Shown piece by piece: positions 63,602 to 64,000 of a stretch of DNA of 64,000 nucleotides (positions are counted from its first letter, which is position 1; the number at the start of each line of letters is the position of its first letter). This DNA comes from Escherichia coli. GTDB lineage: Bacteria > Pseudomonadota > Gammaproteobacteria > Enterobacterales > Enterobacteriaceae. Below the pieces are notes generated by a model. The model was not told the DNA's origin and did no database searches. It saw only the letters and a program-made list of their open reading frames with translations. The stretch lies in NCBI RefSeq assembly GCF_030013595.1, contig NZ_CP122768.1; one strand, given 5' to 3'. Position numbers and translations under genes: made by a program.

Positions 63602-63994
63602 TTACTTAACATTACCGCCTCCTCCGCCTCGCAGGCGGGAGAACCGTCCTGACACCAGCGATGCGATATCCTGCTGGTGGATGAACGACAGAATCTTCAC
63701 CGACACCACAGACACCAGCACTGCACACAGCGCGTCGACAGATTTACTGTGAAGCCCCAGTTTTTCGACCAGATAAGACGCCATCACATCCGCCCCCAGT
63801 ACGCCGATAATAAACGACACCAGAAAATGCGCCGCCACCCGCCAGACAGAAAGCGCCTGCGGCATCGTTGCCACAAACAACGCCCCCGCGAACGCACCAA
63901 ACACAATCCCGAAATCCGTTCCGGTGAACAGCCCGAATACCGTCGCCCCTCCGAGCGCAGCCGCCGTGCCGGAACCGGATAAGGGTTCAGACAT
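63602..63994 (-). CDS. putative holin-like multi-TM membrane protein
   Basis: 130 aa, Gly/Ala-rich hydrophobic helices; heads the lysis cassette. Confidence 0.45.
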   Translation of the reverse strand: MSEPLSGSGTAAALGGATVFGLFTGTDFGIVFGAFAGALFVATMPQALSVWRVAAHFLVSFIIGVLGADVMASYLVEKLGLHSKSVDALCAVLVSVVSVKILSFIHQQDIASLVSGRFSRLRGGGGGNVK

Positions 63995-64000
63995 ACTTTT

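Overview
The window reads as an Escherichia coli-type chromosome segment (icd, rluE, nudJ, mnmA, hflD, purB, phoPQ, roxA/ycfD, pepT, potAB; ~26.6-39.4 kb) flanked by two prophages, both encoded mainly on the minus strand. All calls rest on reading the supplied ORF translations and the DNA directly; no database search was run, so family names are recalled and should be confirmed. Prophage A (1 to ~26.6 kb) is inserted at the 3' end of icd and looks defective: P27-type terminase, HK97-type head, Mu-like contractile tail, and an e14-like right arm with Pin invertase and an invertible tail-fibre segment. Its integrase has lost the N-terminal domain at an intact IS10 that has no target-site duplication, the early/immunity/lysis region is absent, and the tape-measure gene carries an in-frame amber codon. 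Prophage B (~39.4 kb to the right edge) is a mosaic with lambda-like packaging and head genes, a P2-like tail and a lysis cassette; it abuts the 3' end of potB. The best candidate for an undescribed system is the AT-rich cargo island distal to pin (1-3300): a stand-alone GIY-YIG nuclease-family gene bracketed by direct repeats, a small secreted protein, and a nuclease-motif ORF with a large unknown partner running off the window. Other accessory candidates are a moron inside the prophage A tail operon and small genes between lysis and cos in prophage B. No CRISPR array, tRNA or rRNA gene was found.
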